Shown here: piece by piece, positions 27,304-44,265 of the stretch
Numbering within the stretch: the first letter of the stretch is position 1
Layout: every line of letters begins with the position of its first letter
NCBI GenBank assembly: GCA_964016885.1
Contig: CAXHJY010001166.1
Location: 1 to 62,737, forward strand
Direction of reading: 5' to 3'
DNA: 62,737 nucleotides
Origin: Eledone cirrhosa
Lineage: Eukaryota
Made by a program: the position numbers and the translations under genes
Notes under the pieces: model-generated
What the model was told of the DNA's origin: nothing
What the model saw: only the letters and a program-made list of their open reading frames with translations
The model's database searches: none

Positions 27304-27725
27304 TTATATATATATATATATATATATATAATGAGAAATAAGATAGATTAAGGAGACGGGTTGGTTGGAATTGGAAAAAAATGTCTAGATAAAAATAACA
27401 GGTCCATTTGTGTTGACATCCCAGGCTCTCGTAATGCTGCATTGTTTTACGCAAAATTCTACCTACCAAGTATGATCAACCTGAGTGAATATTCCGATTA
27501 GACATTACAGAAAGTTTCGGTCAATGTGATAGAAGACGGACTAATAAGATTCTTATATTTACTGTAATGTTGGCTTTCTTTTCTTTTCTGTGTTGAGTAG
27601 CAATAAAGAAACACAAAATAAATATAGAACTTTGCTTCTTGAAAGAAGTTTAGGAATAATTTATCGTAGGCAATTTTAGTAATTAATTCATGCAAACATC
27701 AACTTGAAATTTAATTGAAACCAAA

Positions 27726-27726
<1 letters not shown>

Positions 27727-27813
<87 letters not shown>

Positions 27814-27952
27814 GTGTGTATATATATATCTATATATGTATATATATATATATGTGTGTGTATGTATATATATATATATGTATATATAGATATATGTATA
27901 TATAGATATATGTATGTATATATATGTATATATATATGTATGTATATATATG

Positions 27953-27983
<31 letters not shown>

Positions 27984-27998
27984 GTATGTATATATATG

Positions 27999-28063
<65 letters not shown>

Positions 28064-28090
28064 GTATATATATATATTTCTATATATATA

Positions 28091-28129
<39 letters not shown>

Positions 28130-28417
28130 GTATATTTATTATATACACATATATATATATATACATATGTATATTTATTATATACACATATATATATATA
28201 TACATATGTATATTTATTATATACACATATATATACATATGTATATTTATTATATACACATATATATACATATGTACATGTATTATATATATACATATAT
28301 ATACATATGTATATATATAATACATATACATATGTATATATATGTATATATATATGTATTATATATATACATACATATGTATATGTATTTTATATATACA
28401 TATATGTATCTAGGTAT

Positions 28418-28451
<34 letters not shown>

Positions 28452-28478
28452 CACATTTATTATTATTACTATATATAT
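27727..28478. repeat. (TA)/(TG) compound microsatellite
   Basis: Direct reading. Confidence 0.9.
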
Positions 28479-28479
28479 A

Positions 28480-28662
28480 GGGTGGTGGATTGACAGTACC
28501 GGTAGAGAGTCGGACGCCATGCTTTGCAGCAAAGAGTTACGGCCCTTTAATGTCTGAGTTCAAATCCCGCCGAGGTTAACTTTGCCTTTCATCCTTACTG
28601 GGTCGATAAAATAAAGTACCAGTAATACACTAGGATAATTGCTGGCCTTGTGCCAAAAGTAG

Positions 28663-28664
<2 letters not shown>
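28480..28664 (+). mobile_element. Meta-like SINE
   Basis: Family match. Confidence 0.85.
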
Positions 28665-28712
<48 letters not shown>

Positions 28713-29911
28713 GATAGATAGACATAAATGCAATTGCGCTACAATTGAATAGAATTTCAATCGAATCTTCTGCCGCTGCAGATACATTTACAACCTTTTG
28801 GTATATCATTAGTCAGCTCTGTTGATAACCAACTATGAACAAGTTTATTCCCGTACAGGCGACTTTCACATTGCAGCCAATTATACAATATAATTAGTTT
28901 CCAAATTATATTGATCCGGAAAACATAAAATGAGATCCCAGTGTAATATACCTTTTGTTCACTGGGTTACTTCGTGCTCTAGAGCCAGAGAAGAATATTC
29001 TTTACAAGCAAGCATTTATACAACAAGCCTTCTAGCAATAGTTTATGTTACAAAATGAAATTTAATATATCTTATCTTCCCCCGCTTTGGTTTATCCCCA
29101 CCTGTCAGTTTCCTTCACTTTAGTGATACCAATATACATTGTAAAAGTAAAGTAACAAGCATTGTTACTTGTACATATTGTGTAGAAAATCTATATAACT
29201 AACTTTCAGCACGTAATACTTTTTCAATAGCTTCCATTGGTATTACAATTACATTTTCAAAAGGATTTCATGTTCGGAATTCAACAAAAATGATATATTG
29301 TGAATACTTTCTCACGTCAGTATTTATTGAAAGACACCAGAATGAAATTGGTATAATAAACCTTTCAATGCATTCATGGTTAACAGAGATTGTAGATTTT
29401 GTGAGATTATATATCCTACACACGTTGCCAACACGAAAACGAAGTCAGCTAAAATCCACGAACATGAGACTTTATAGAGATGACTGAAACGCTATATACA
29501 TAAACATGAATATAGAATTGTTGGATTGGCTTCATACATATAAATGAAGACAGTGTTAGCCGACTGGCATATGTAAATATAGATATGATAGGGAAAAAAT
29601 CTATAAAAATATATAATGTAAAACTTCGAAAGAATTTTATATAAAAATTATGCTAAATACAAACCTGATATTACGAATGATGAATCCTTAAAAAGAATGC
29701 AGCTTCACAAGACGTTGACTAAACCTTCGCACATATATATATATAGTAAAACTGATGATGTCACATGTGCGTGACGAAAGAAGTTCGATAAACTGTATGT
29801 ATATATTTATAACTATATTTTTAACCATTTGTCAATCAATGATAAACATTAATTGCCAACTAAATTAACTATAGGAATAAATCAAATATACAGAAGTGTG
29901 ACGAAAGAACT

Positions 29912-29959
<48 letters not shown>

Positions 29960-30147
29960 TTTTAACTGTTGGTCAATCAATGATAAACATTGATTGCCAG
30001 CTAAATTAACTATAGGGACATAAAATATACAGAAGTGAAAACCAATCCATACCTAACAGTGAGTGTGTTTTATTATTATTTCTGGCAATATTATAACAAT
30101 ATGACCCTCCCCAAATATAACAATATATATATATATATATATATATA

Positions 30148-30249
30148 GGGCGGGTAAAATTCTCGAGATCCATGGATGAGTTCTCCCCAGCGGTCTCTGT
30201 CCCTCATCATCGCTGCCATGTCCTGTATCTTCAAGAGACCTGTGTCTGT

Positions 30250-30252
<3 letters not shown>
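30148..30252 (-). mobile_element. Extreme 3' end of an RTE-group LINE ORF inserted in (TA)n
   Basis: Translates DTGLLKIQDMAAMMRDRDRWGELI, a DTGL...M.DR..W C-terminal signature like the 24.7-kb fragment. Confidence 0.55.
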
Positions 30253-30288
<36 letters not shown>

Positions 30289-30661
30289 GTATGTGTGTGA
30301 GGCGGTTTGTGTGTATGTATTTATATTTATACGCACAGAAGTGTGAAATAAACGTCTGGAGATATATGAGAGAGCAGATGATGTTATACAGAAGACAGAA
30401 ATACCAAACACCTTCATGATTTAACATCTAACCTTTTCAGCTACTATGTTAATATTCCCCAAACAACACTGTACTGAAATCTCCATCATAAATAATATAG
30501 AGAATCATCTGCTATGCCATTAATCACTTCATCCAACTCATTGTTTTATATCATGGATGTATTACTTCTGAGGTTTGTGTCCTGTGACATTTTCTTGTGT
30601 GTGTATATATATATATACACGCATACACGCATGTACGCATATATATACATATGCATGTACG

Positions 30662-30698
<37 letters not shown>

Positions 30699-31154
30699 AC
30701 TATTATCGTTACATTTTTGCTTCCATTATTAAATCGTCCATTTTATTAATCAAGTATGAATATTTTCTTTCAATCAAAATTGTTTTCGTTGCTTCTAAGA
30801 CAAGGATCCGATTACATGGATATTAATTCAGGATTTGAAAGTATATTTATCGAAAAGTGATCAATAGGGAAAAATATGGTGGAAAATATCAGTCTATAAA
30901 TAATTCTTTAAAAACTGTATTTAAATTTATGTAAGATAATATGATGAACATAACGATAAAATAAAATGTACTTGTTATGTTTTATATCGTATATCATAGC
31001 AGTAATTGATGTCGTTTTAATTTGACACAAAAACAACAGCTTTTGTGTGGGAAAGATTGGAGATTTTCGAAATGAAACAAGTATGAAAATTGTTAATTTA
31101 ATCATCAACACCCGACAATGAAATTTGAAATTGATTTACTAAATCAAATTAAAT

Positions 31155-31209
<55 letters not shown>

Positions 31210-31234
31210 CGTATATATCCGTGCAGTGGTGTCA

Positions 31235-31267
<33 letters not shown>

Positions 31268-31270
<3 letters not shown>

Positions 31271-31366
31271 CGAAGGAAATGTGGTAAGGAACCAGGTGGA
31301 CCATAACGCACCAAAGTACTCAATACTTAGGGTAGTAGAGTGGGTAATAGGAACAAGTAAGACCCC
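31268..31366 (-). mobile_element. Family-X element truncated at the predicted ribozyme cleavage site
   Basis: Homology to 61169-61266 stops after gacccc. Confidence 0.7.
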
Positions 31367-31946
31367 TTCTTTTTTCACAGGTTAGTAGTAAATCTGTGAT
31401 GGCAAATTGGTGGGGGAAGGGGTAGCTAAACCTGCCGGTAGGAGAACAATAGGTAATTTTCCGAAAGTTAAAATGTTGCTGCTCTCACCCGCTGATCTCG
31501 TTTCAATCAACAAAGTCACGGGGTGTGCAAAGTTTCAGCTCAATTGGACAACTGTTAGGCGACCCTCAAATGCCTTGAAGTTGGAACATACTAGACACAA
31601 TGATTAAGTCTGTTCAAAAGCGGTATACTGTTCCCTATGTCGACCATTTTCTTTTTTCTTCTTAGAGAAATTTAAAAAATAAGGGGCCACCACTCTCTAC
31701 CTAACCTTTCGTAACTGTACTCCTTGTTGTTGTTGTTTACTTTTCCAATGTGTGTGTGTATTAGAGGAGCTCCGATTTCAGAGTCAGGATCGAACATTAA
31801 TCGATCGTTCCTCGAGCTGATCGACAGTGAAACATATGTAATATTATTAAATATGTATATAATGCAACACTGATTCTTTGTTCACTTTTAACATTATTAT
31901 ATATACATATATGTGTGTGTATATGTATTTATTTATGTATATTATA

Positions 31947-31981
<35 letters not shown>

Positions 31982-32195
31982 TTATATCTATCTATCTATA
32001 TATCTATCTGTGTATGCATGTATATATATATAGGTGTGTGTGCGTGTGTATATATATATATATAGTAATAATAATACATTTGAAGAGTAAAATCCAAAGA
32101 GGGCTCGATAAGGATAAATATATATCAACATTTCAGAAGATCCCGTTAAGGGTGAAAGCAGCGATTCTTTACTTAAACTTTAATCTGTTATTTTA

Positions 32196-32248
<53 letters not shown>

Positions 32249-32528
32249 AAAGTTTTATTTAAGATTGTTGGGTTACAACGAGTAAATATTTTATAACTGA
32301 TATAAAAGCACTCAACAGTTTCTGGAGTAGGTTTTTTATTTACATACATCTCATCTTTTTATTTACATCTTTTTATTTACATACATCTCTTCATCTTCTT
32401 CTTCTCATCTTCGTCTTTCTTTCTATATAACTGTCATAACAGTTTCACTACCAAATCAACTTTTTAAATGGAAGTTGCATTATTTAAAAGGTATGTCAAA
32501 AATTATTTATAAAACAGCTTATGTATTG

Positions 32529-32594
32529 TATTTTGTCTGAGGAAGGCATACCATATTTTTAATATGATATCCCTGAAATATATATAACGAAATA
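32529..32594 (+). ncRNA. Minimal hammerhead motif (family B)
   Basis: tattttgt-CTGAGGA-..-GAAA-TATATA-TA-acgaaata. Confidence 0.75.
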
Positions 32595-32634
32595 AATATG
32601 GTTTTATAAATATAGTTTCCATTTGTTTAATATC

Positions 32635-32669
<35 letters not shown>

Positions 32670-32672
<3 letters not shown>

Positions 32673-32760
32673 CGAAGGAAAAGTGGTAAGGAACCAGGTG
32701 GACCATAACGCAGTCCAGAATTAGCCGTCGAAACGGCTTGAGCTCAGCCGTCGTTCCTAT
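32670..32760. mobile_element. Internally deleted family-X element
   Basis: Tail fused directly to gtccagaattagccgtcgaaacggc. Confidence 0.7.
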
Positions 32761-32930
32761 ATATATATATAAATATATTTTTTTTTATTTTATAGAAGGA
32801 GCTTCTACAGGATGAATGAAACAGTACTAGTCCTGTAGAAGCTCCTTCTATAAAATAAAAAAAATTTACTCTGCCATGTATTGAGTACCTTACTTACTGT
32901 GGTTATCCCCGACTCAACCCGGGACCTACG

Positions 32931-32973
<43 letters not shown>

Positions 32974-32994
32974 ATGTGTGTGTATGTGTATGTA

Positions 32995-33040
<46 letters not shown>

Positions 33041-33728
33041 TATATACAGGATGACAAGATAGATTCACATCAAATATATATCTTAACTGAAATAGCGTGT
33101 GTTTTGGTATTTGAAAAACATTCGTTATAAATATTCTTTCAGTTTTCATTGAAAACACCAAAACGAATTCGATAGCCAGTTCCCTATGGAACCTGTATTA
33201 TATTGTAATTCCTTCCATTACATCTTATTAGGAATGATAGTTCGTATTTGAAAGCTTTATATTTTCATATCCATTACGTATGCACAATGTAGGTATGACA
33301 TTGCCTGACTTACAACTAACTGGAAGCGAATTATTAGTATACTCTGTGCAATGTACGCTTTGTAATATCATATTTTAATACTTTCTCTGGTTTCTCAATG
33401 GGAAGGGATAAGATATATAGAGATATCGAGAGGGGGGGATTTAAGAGTTCATATTTGCAGAGACGTGAAGTGGCTTTGTTATTTTAAATACTCCGTTAGG
33501 TATACACATACGTACATACACATATGTATGTGTATGTATACATTTATACACTGAAACACACCTACACACATTATATATTTATATATATGTGTGTGTGTGT
33601 GAGCGTGTGCGCGTTTGTGTGTTGCTTTAAGCGTGTATATATGTATATATACGTGTATGTGTTTGCATGAGTGCGTATATATATATGCATAAACGTATGA
33701 TATATATATATATATGCATGTGTTTCCG

Positions 33729-33773
<45 letters not shown>

Positions 33774-33903
33774 ATGTATTTGTGTATGTATGTATATATA
33801 TATATTACATACAGACATATAAATACATATTTTTTCTGTATATATATATATATATATATATACAATATTAAATAAATGGAAACTATATTTATAAAACCAT
33901 ATT

Positions 33904-33969
33904 TATTTCATTATATATATTTCAGGGATATCATATTAACAATATGCTATGCCTTCCTCAGACAAAATA
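33904..33969 (-). ncRNA. Minimal hammerhead motif (family B), within element 33862-34149
   Basis: Same sequence as 5891-5956. Confidence 0.75.
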
Positions 33970-34145
33970 CAATATAAACAGTTTTATAGATAAATAGATT
34001 CGACATACCGTAACAACATCGACTTGTATTTGAAAAGGTTGATTTGGCAGTCATACATATAAATATACTCCAAATACTTGTCGAGTGCTTTTATATCAGT
34101 TATAAATATTTACTAGTTGTAACCCAACAATTTAAATATAACTTT

Positions 34146-34190
<45 letters not shown>

Positions 34191-34762
34191 TGTCTTTCCG
34201 TGTATATATATATATATATATATACATGTATTTCTGTGTATATATATATATATATATATATACTTATACACACATATATATACATATTTGTTCTGTATAT
34301 ATATATATATGCAACCGCCGTTTCCAATCACGTTCTAATGTTCCGTGTAGTGTTTTAAGTGTATTGTGACGTGTAATACCACATATTGGCTTTTTCTTGT
34401 AATATGATAACACATCTTAAGCTTAATTAGTTATAACTTGGGAATATAAATATAAAAGAGAACCAGGCGAGAATGCTTTTGTGGTTGAGGCATTTGCTTT
34501 GCTACCACACGGTTTCATGTTCAATGCCACGTTGTAAAAACTTAGAGAATTGTATTCTACTGTATGTTCATGTTGAGGGATATTTTCACTGATAATATCA
34601 GCCTTACCTGATGGTTATCTTCGAATGAAACATAACTAGACCTATGGTAGCCATTTCTATATTAAATTTGTTGTTTACAATCTAGTAATGTAGTGAATAC
34701 CTTACTTACTGCGATCAACCCCGAATGCACCCGGGACTCACACAATATATATATATATATAT

Positions 34763-34990
34763 GGAAAACAAGGGGAGAAGGATACTGCGTGGTTGCACAT
34801 GGATTACATATTATAAAATTAGTCCCTCATCAGTGATTTGCCAACCATCATTGGTATTTCATCGCATTAAAAATCAGATACCTCAGGTTGGTGCGAGCAA
34901 TAACTAAAATAAGCTATTGGGACAAGTGAAACGCGTAAAGCGAGTGAGACAAGTAAACAACAGAAGGAAAAGCGAACCGAAGGTTGGAAA
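34763..34990 (-). mobile_element. Family H Penelope-like fragment
   Basis: Homologous to 632-860. Confidence 0.5.
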
Positions 34991-35045
34991 AACAGCAAGC
35001 AACATGATAGTTATCCGATCAGCATAAGCTGGGTGATATATATAT

Positions 35046-35243
35046 ATAGGAAAAAGTATGACCTCGACGGTAAAGCTCGAGCCGTTTCGACGGCTATTTT
35101 TGGACTACAGAAATAGCCGTCGAAACGGCTTGAGCTCTGCCGTCGGGGTCATACTTTTTCCTATTACTCACTCTACTACCCTAAGTATTGAGTACTCTGG
35201 TGCGTTATGGTCCACATGGTTCCTTACCACAACTCCTTCGTTA
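35046..35243 (+). mobile_element. Family-X fold-back element
   Basis: Palindrome 35046-35164 plus tail, then (TA)n. Confidence 0.75.
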
Positions 35244-35312
35244 TATATATATAAATATATATATATATATACAATATTAAATAAATGGAAACTATATTTA
35301 TAAAACCATATT

Positions 35313-35378
35313 TATTTCATTATATATATTTCGGGGATATCATATTAACAATATGCTATGCCTTCCTCAGACAAAATA
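35313..35378 (-). ncRNA. Minimal hammerhead motif (family B)
   Basis: Near-identical to 5891-5956. Confidence 0.7.
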
Positions 35379-35519
35379 CAATATAAACAGTTTTATAGAT
35401 AAATAGATTCGACATACCGTAACAACACCGACTTGCATTTGAAGAGGTTGAGCTGGCAGTGAAAAAATTTTACACAGAGAGAAAGAAAGATAGAAAAAAG
35501 AAAAAAGAAAGAAAGACAG

Positions 35520-35562
<43 letters not shown>

Positions 35563-36405
35563 ATAAGAACAGATTACATAGATTGGTTGTATTCTAATTT
35601 CACAATCCGGACATAGATTTGTAGAGACTTCAATTAAAACGCCAACAGTCTGTAAAACGTTAAACTAGATTAAATATTATTATCTGTAATAACGAAATAC
35701 CATATTGATACACCAATATTGGGAGCGGGGATTACGTAAGCGATTTTCTTTCCTATTTCAAGGAGATATGCATATCAAGGAATCTAGCTTGATTATTATT
35801 TAGTTTACAAAGTTGTCTATTCTGTTAAATATGATTTAACTTGGTCCATTTGAAAGCTAGCGGGAGATCGACGACGATAACCTAATACCTAATCTAAATA
35901 TCTCTCTATATATATATACACACACATATATATATACACATATACACACATATATATACAGAGAGAGAGAAAGCAGGTTTGTTTATAGGCAGCGAGCGAA
36001 GTTTGAAAATAGGCAGTTACATGTGCTTACGCCGTATATATATATATATAGCTTTCGACAGCTAGATCCATGAGGGTCCTGCCTATTTCCCACTCTAATA
36101 CCCTTAGTATTGAGTACTCATGTGCGTTATGGTGCACTTAGGATCATGCAACACCCTCTTTGTTCCGAAGGAAACAATTCTAGTCCTGTAGAAGCCATTT
36201 CTATATTAAATAGAGAGAGAGAGAGAGAAGTAGTAACAACAGTTACTTCACCATACCGAGAACAATTGTTTCACCTTCAGCTAAAGATTCGCTAAAGTGA
36301 AACAATTGTTCTCGGTATGGTGACCTAACTGGTGTGTTACTACTTCTACCAAACTCGTCCCATGGACTGAGCGCTCTACCACTATGGATATTACCTTCCA
36401 GTGTT

Positions 36406-36452
<47 letters not shown>

Positions 36453-36642
36453 ATAGATTTTGAGTTTATGTTGGTTGTATACCAACACCTCAGTATGCAG
36501 GCTGGAGCACTCGACGAAGTGCCCAGGTTGGTTTGGTTACTCCTGAGTAGTGTAAAATAAAGTTAAATAAAAGTCAATTGATTAAAATTTAGCTTCGTTT
36601 ATTACTGCTATATATATTTCAGTGACAGCCATACTAATTCAA

Positions 36643-36697
36643 ACTACCTGAAGAGGTCACAGCCAAAGATGGCTGTCACTGAAATATATATAGCAGT
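36643..36697 (+). ncRNA. Minimal hammerhead motif (family E) inside inverted repeat 36552-36750
   Basis: actac-CTGAAGA-ggt.acagcca/tggctgt.act-GAAA-TATATA-TA-gcagt, with one stem I mismatch. Confidence 0.7.
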
Positions 36698-37232
36698 AAT
36701 AAACGAAGCTAAATTTTAATCATTTGACTTTTATTTAACTTTATTTTATATATATATATATATTATATATATATATATATATATATCCCCACCACCCACT
36801 CTCACATATGCTTATATATATATATATATTGTTTAAACGGAATGAAAAACGAAGAGGATGTTGGCGTGCTTCGAATTAACAATTGAAAGGATCCTAACAT
36901 AAATATTTCATATCGCACACAATTCAGTCTTCTAATAGTTTTAGAAGTGGAAGGATCGCTAATTTCTCAACAACTACTCAGAAGCAGAGAACCATATTGA
37001 CTTCACTTAATAAGATATTGCGAAACAGTTTTCAAAACTGTCTAGTTGTTACCAGGCTATTGCCCGATATAAGTCTGTTATTTTTCTTAATTTAGTACTT
37101 AAAATTAAGTTTGACAAATCATATTGCTGTAGTTAGTATTTTTTCACCCGAGCTAACCTAGTCCTTACGATTCGAACACATGTATGTTTATATTAGTGTT
37201 CATCTTTCTTGTTTATTCAATTATATATATAC

Positions 37233-37282
<50 letters not shown>

Positions 37283-37539
37283 ACTTTAACAAAGTTACCA
37301 ACTCAACAACCTCCAACAGCTGAATTCTATAGATATATTAACTTTTCTATAATTGGTTTATATCATAGTGATGTCTAAGCTGGAATGGTTTCAGTTGAGT
37401 TTTCGTCAGCGATAGAAATATATACAGTATATGGCTGCAGGTTTTATAATTAGACAACGCAAGCTATGATAGAAATCTTTCTCACTTTTCCTATTTCATT
37501 AAGTTTATAAAGAGAAACCCGTTAGAATCAGGCGACGTG

Positions 37540-37718
37540 TGTTTATACATATATATGTATATACATATATATACACACGAATATAGATACATATACACAT
37601 ATATATATATACACATACACACATATATATATATACACACACATATATATATATATATACACACACATATATATATATATATATACACACACATATATAT
37701 ATATATATATACACACAC

Positions 37719-37749
<31 letters not shown>

Positions 37750-38440
37750 TATATATATATATATACACACACATATATATATATATATATACACACACAT
37801 ATATATATATATATATACACACACATATATATATATATATATACACACACATATATATATATATATACACACACATATATATATATATATACACACACAT
37901 ATATATATATACACACACATATATATATATACACACACATATATATATATACACACACATATATATATATACACACACATATATATATATATACACACAT
38001 ATATATATATATACACACACATATATATATACACACACACATATATATATACACATATATATATATACACATATATATATATACACATATATATATATAC
38101 ACATATATATATATACACATATATATATATACACATATATATATATACACATATATATATATACACATATATATATATACACATATATATATATACACAT
38201 ATATATATATACACATATATATATACACATATATATATATACACACACATATATATATATATACACACATATATATATATACACACATATATATATATAT
38301 ACACACATATATATATACACACATATATATATATATACACATATATATATACACACACACACAAATAATATATATACACACACATAATATATATATATAT
38401 ATACACACACACACAATATATATTTATACACACACAAATA

Positions 38441-38475
<35 letters not shown>

Positions 38476-38543
38476 AATAATATATATACACACACACGCG
38501 CACAAATCATATATATACACACGCGCGCGCGCGCACACAAATC

Positions 38544-38580
<37 letters not shown>

Positions 38581-38727
38581 TATATATACATATAGATATA
38601 TATATATAAATATATATAAATAAATAAATATATATATATATACACATATATGTATACCGATATATGTTTGTGTGTATGTTTGTGTGTGTGTATGTTTGTG
38701 TGTGTATATGTTTGTGTGTGTATATGT
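37540..38727. repeat. (TA)n(CA)n compound microsatellite
   Basis: Direct reading. Confidence 0.95.
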
Positions 38728-38930
38728 GTGAAGGCACGTGGCTGAGTGGTTAAATAATTACATTCGAAATCTAGAGGTTGTGAGTTCGAATCCCGGACCG
38801 GGCGATGTGTTATGTCCTTGAGCAAGACACTTTATTTCACATTGCTCCTACCTGGAGTTGCGACCGATAGATAGTACTAGCAACTGGAGAGACCAACGGA
38901 AACATCGTTGTCTCGGTCCGATCTGACGAG
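38728..38930 (+). mobile_element. CORE-like SINE with composite tail
   Basis: Family match to 3283-3490. Confidence 0.8.
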
Positions 38931-38995
38931 CTCCACCTCATCGTTAAGCGAATGAAGTCTGGGGGTCTTGTCGATCGACCATACAATATTATAAT

Positions 38996-39543
38996 AATTT
39001 TTACTTTTGGCACAAGGCCAGCAATTATCCCAGTGTATTACTGGTACTCTATTTTATCGAGTCCTTAAGGATGAAAGGCAAAGTTCACCTGGGTGGGATT
39101 TGAACTCGGGCTGTAAAGCATGGCGTCCGACCCTCTACCGATAGTGCCAATCCACCTATAATAATTGTTTCTACTTTTGGAACAAGAGCAGCAATTACAC
39201 CAGTGCATTACTGGTACTTTATTTTATCGACCCTGTAAGGATGAAACCCAAAGTTAATCTCGGTGGGATTTGAACTCAGATCATAAAGAGCCGTACCTCT
39301 TTGGTATGCAAAGCATGGCGTCCGACCCTCTACCGATACTGACAATCTACCTGTAACAATTTTACTACTTTAGGCACAAGGCCAGCAATCACCCAGTGCG
39401 TTACTGGTACTTTATTTTATCGACCCCGTAAGGATGAAAGGCAAAGTCAACCTCGGCGGGATTTGAACTCAGATCGTAAAGGGACGTAACTATGCTGGAA
39501 AGCATGGCGTCCGACCCTCTACCGATACTGCCAATCCACCGCC
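38996..39543 (-). mobile_element. Three head-to-tail Meta-like SINEs
   Basis: Copies at ~38996-39156, 39163-39351 and 39358-39543. Confidence 0.85.
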
Positions 39544-39659
39544 AATCCACCTGTAATAATACTAATTAAATTAATTTGTCAATTTCGAGTTCCTAACTAG
39601 ACGTAATCCAATAAAATCTTGATTCTAGTTATAGTATTTGAACATTTTCATCTTTCTTC

Positions 39660-40342
39660 CATCTCGAAAATCTGGGGATCCATCCGGATAAGTTGGAGAC
39701 GGTTGCTTCTGACAGGGCCCCACTGGAATGAGGGTTTGAGGACTATGCCCCCAAGTCTCTCTCAGGATTAAGTTGGCGAAAAAGTAGGAGAAGATCTCGA
39801 AAATCTAGGGATCGAACCGGATCAGTTGTAGACGGTTGCTTCTGATAAGATCCACTGGAAGGAGGGTTTGAGGACTCTGTCCCCAAGACCCACTCAGGAT
39901 TAAGTTGGCGAAGAAATAAGAGAGGAAGATCTCGAAAATCTGGGAATCTAGCCGGATCAGTTAGAGACGGTTGCTTCGGACAGGGCCTACTGGAAGGAGG
40001 GTTTGAGGGCTCTGCCCCCAAGACCCACTCAGGATTAAGTTGGCGAAGAAATAAGAGAGGAAGATCTCGAAAATCTGGGAATCCAGCCGGATCAGTTAGA
40101 GACGGTTGCTTCGGACAGGGCCTACTGGAAGGAGGGTTTGAGGGCTCTGCCCCCAAGACCCACTCAGGATTAAGTTGGCGAAGAAATAAGAGAGGAAGAT
40201 CTCGAAAATCTGGGAATCCAGCCGGATCAGTTAGAGACGGTTGCTTCGGACAGGGCCTACTGGAAGGAGGGTTTGAGGGCTCTGCCCGCAAGACTCTCTC
40301 AGGATTAAGTTGGCGAAAAATAAAGAGAAGATCTCGAAAAAT
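39660..40342 (+). repeat. 135-bp tandem repeat x5 derived from a LINE ORF C-terminus
   Basis: gatctcga anchors at 39793, 39928, 40063, 40198 and 40330; unit translates EEDLENLGIQPDQLETVASDRAYWKEGLRALPPRPTQD*. Confidence 0.8.
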
Positions 40343-40674
40343 CTTCTGACGTATATTACATGTTCACTGTAATATATAATTTCGTTAAAACTAAGAACTA
40401 GATATATGTTAATAAGAATAACTGACGGGGCCGTGCATTCATAATTATTTCAATATTACCGAAATCGGATACAGCTATTCTAGCCAGAATCTGATTATTC
40501 ATATTGTCCGAAGATTTAGCATAAAGTTCAGTAGTTTATCGATAAGATGTCACTAAATTATCTAAGATAAACAAGGTCATTAGAGAGTTAATTTCATATG
40601 GGGAAGTTATTAGATATATATAATATATTAATATGTTTATACGTTATCTCCAAGAGTCACTTTTGAAATTAGAT

Positions 40675-43935
<3,261 letters not shown>

Positions 43936-44194
43936 GTTTCAGAAGATCATGTTATAGAAATTGGTTAAACATTTAATCTGTGCTAATAATATAGATATAT
44001 AAATCCTGCCAAGGATTTTAGTCTTCACATTTATTATTACTCCATTACTCTTTTACCTGTTTCAGCCATCTGGCGGTGAGTTTTATTGTAGTACAATAAA
44101 GCAATGCAGATATCGGATAAGAAGCACTCTACAGTTTGTAGGACTGGAGTATACATAATATATAAGATCAAAAGATGGTTAAAAGAGTTCCATG

Positions 44195-44265
44195 TATTTT
44201 ATTATGCGCATTTCAAAAACAAATATCATCATGCAATAACATTTGTGTTTTCATCAGATAAAATA
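44195..44265 (-). ncRNA. Minimal hammerhead motif (family A, second copy; element ~44077-44326)
   Basis: 8-bp stem I tattttat/ataaaata, CTGATGA, GAAA-TGCGCA-TA. Confidence 0.8.

Noticed and set aside
29290-29490. Possible host exon in unique sequence (minus frame HLYKVSCSWILADFVFVLATCVGY..)
   Set aside because: There is an acceptor-like tttcag, but the donor is weak and I recognise no homology; it needs RNA-seq.
29752-29790. CTGATGA-tgtcac..gtgac-GAAA
   Set aside because: Good stem II, but no UH after stem III and no stem I.
31367-31710. Possible DNA transposon fragment (gtgcaaagtttcagctcaattgg)
   Set aside because: No TIR pair or TSD could be located by eye.
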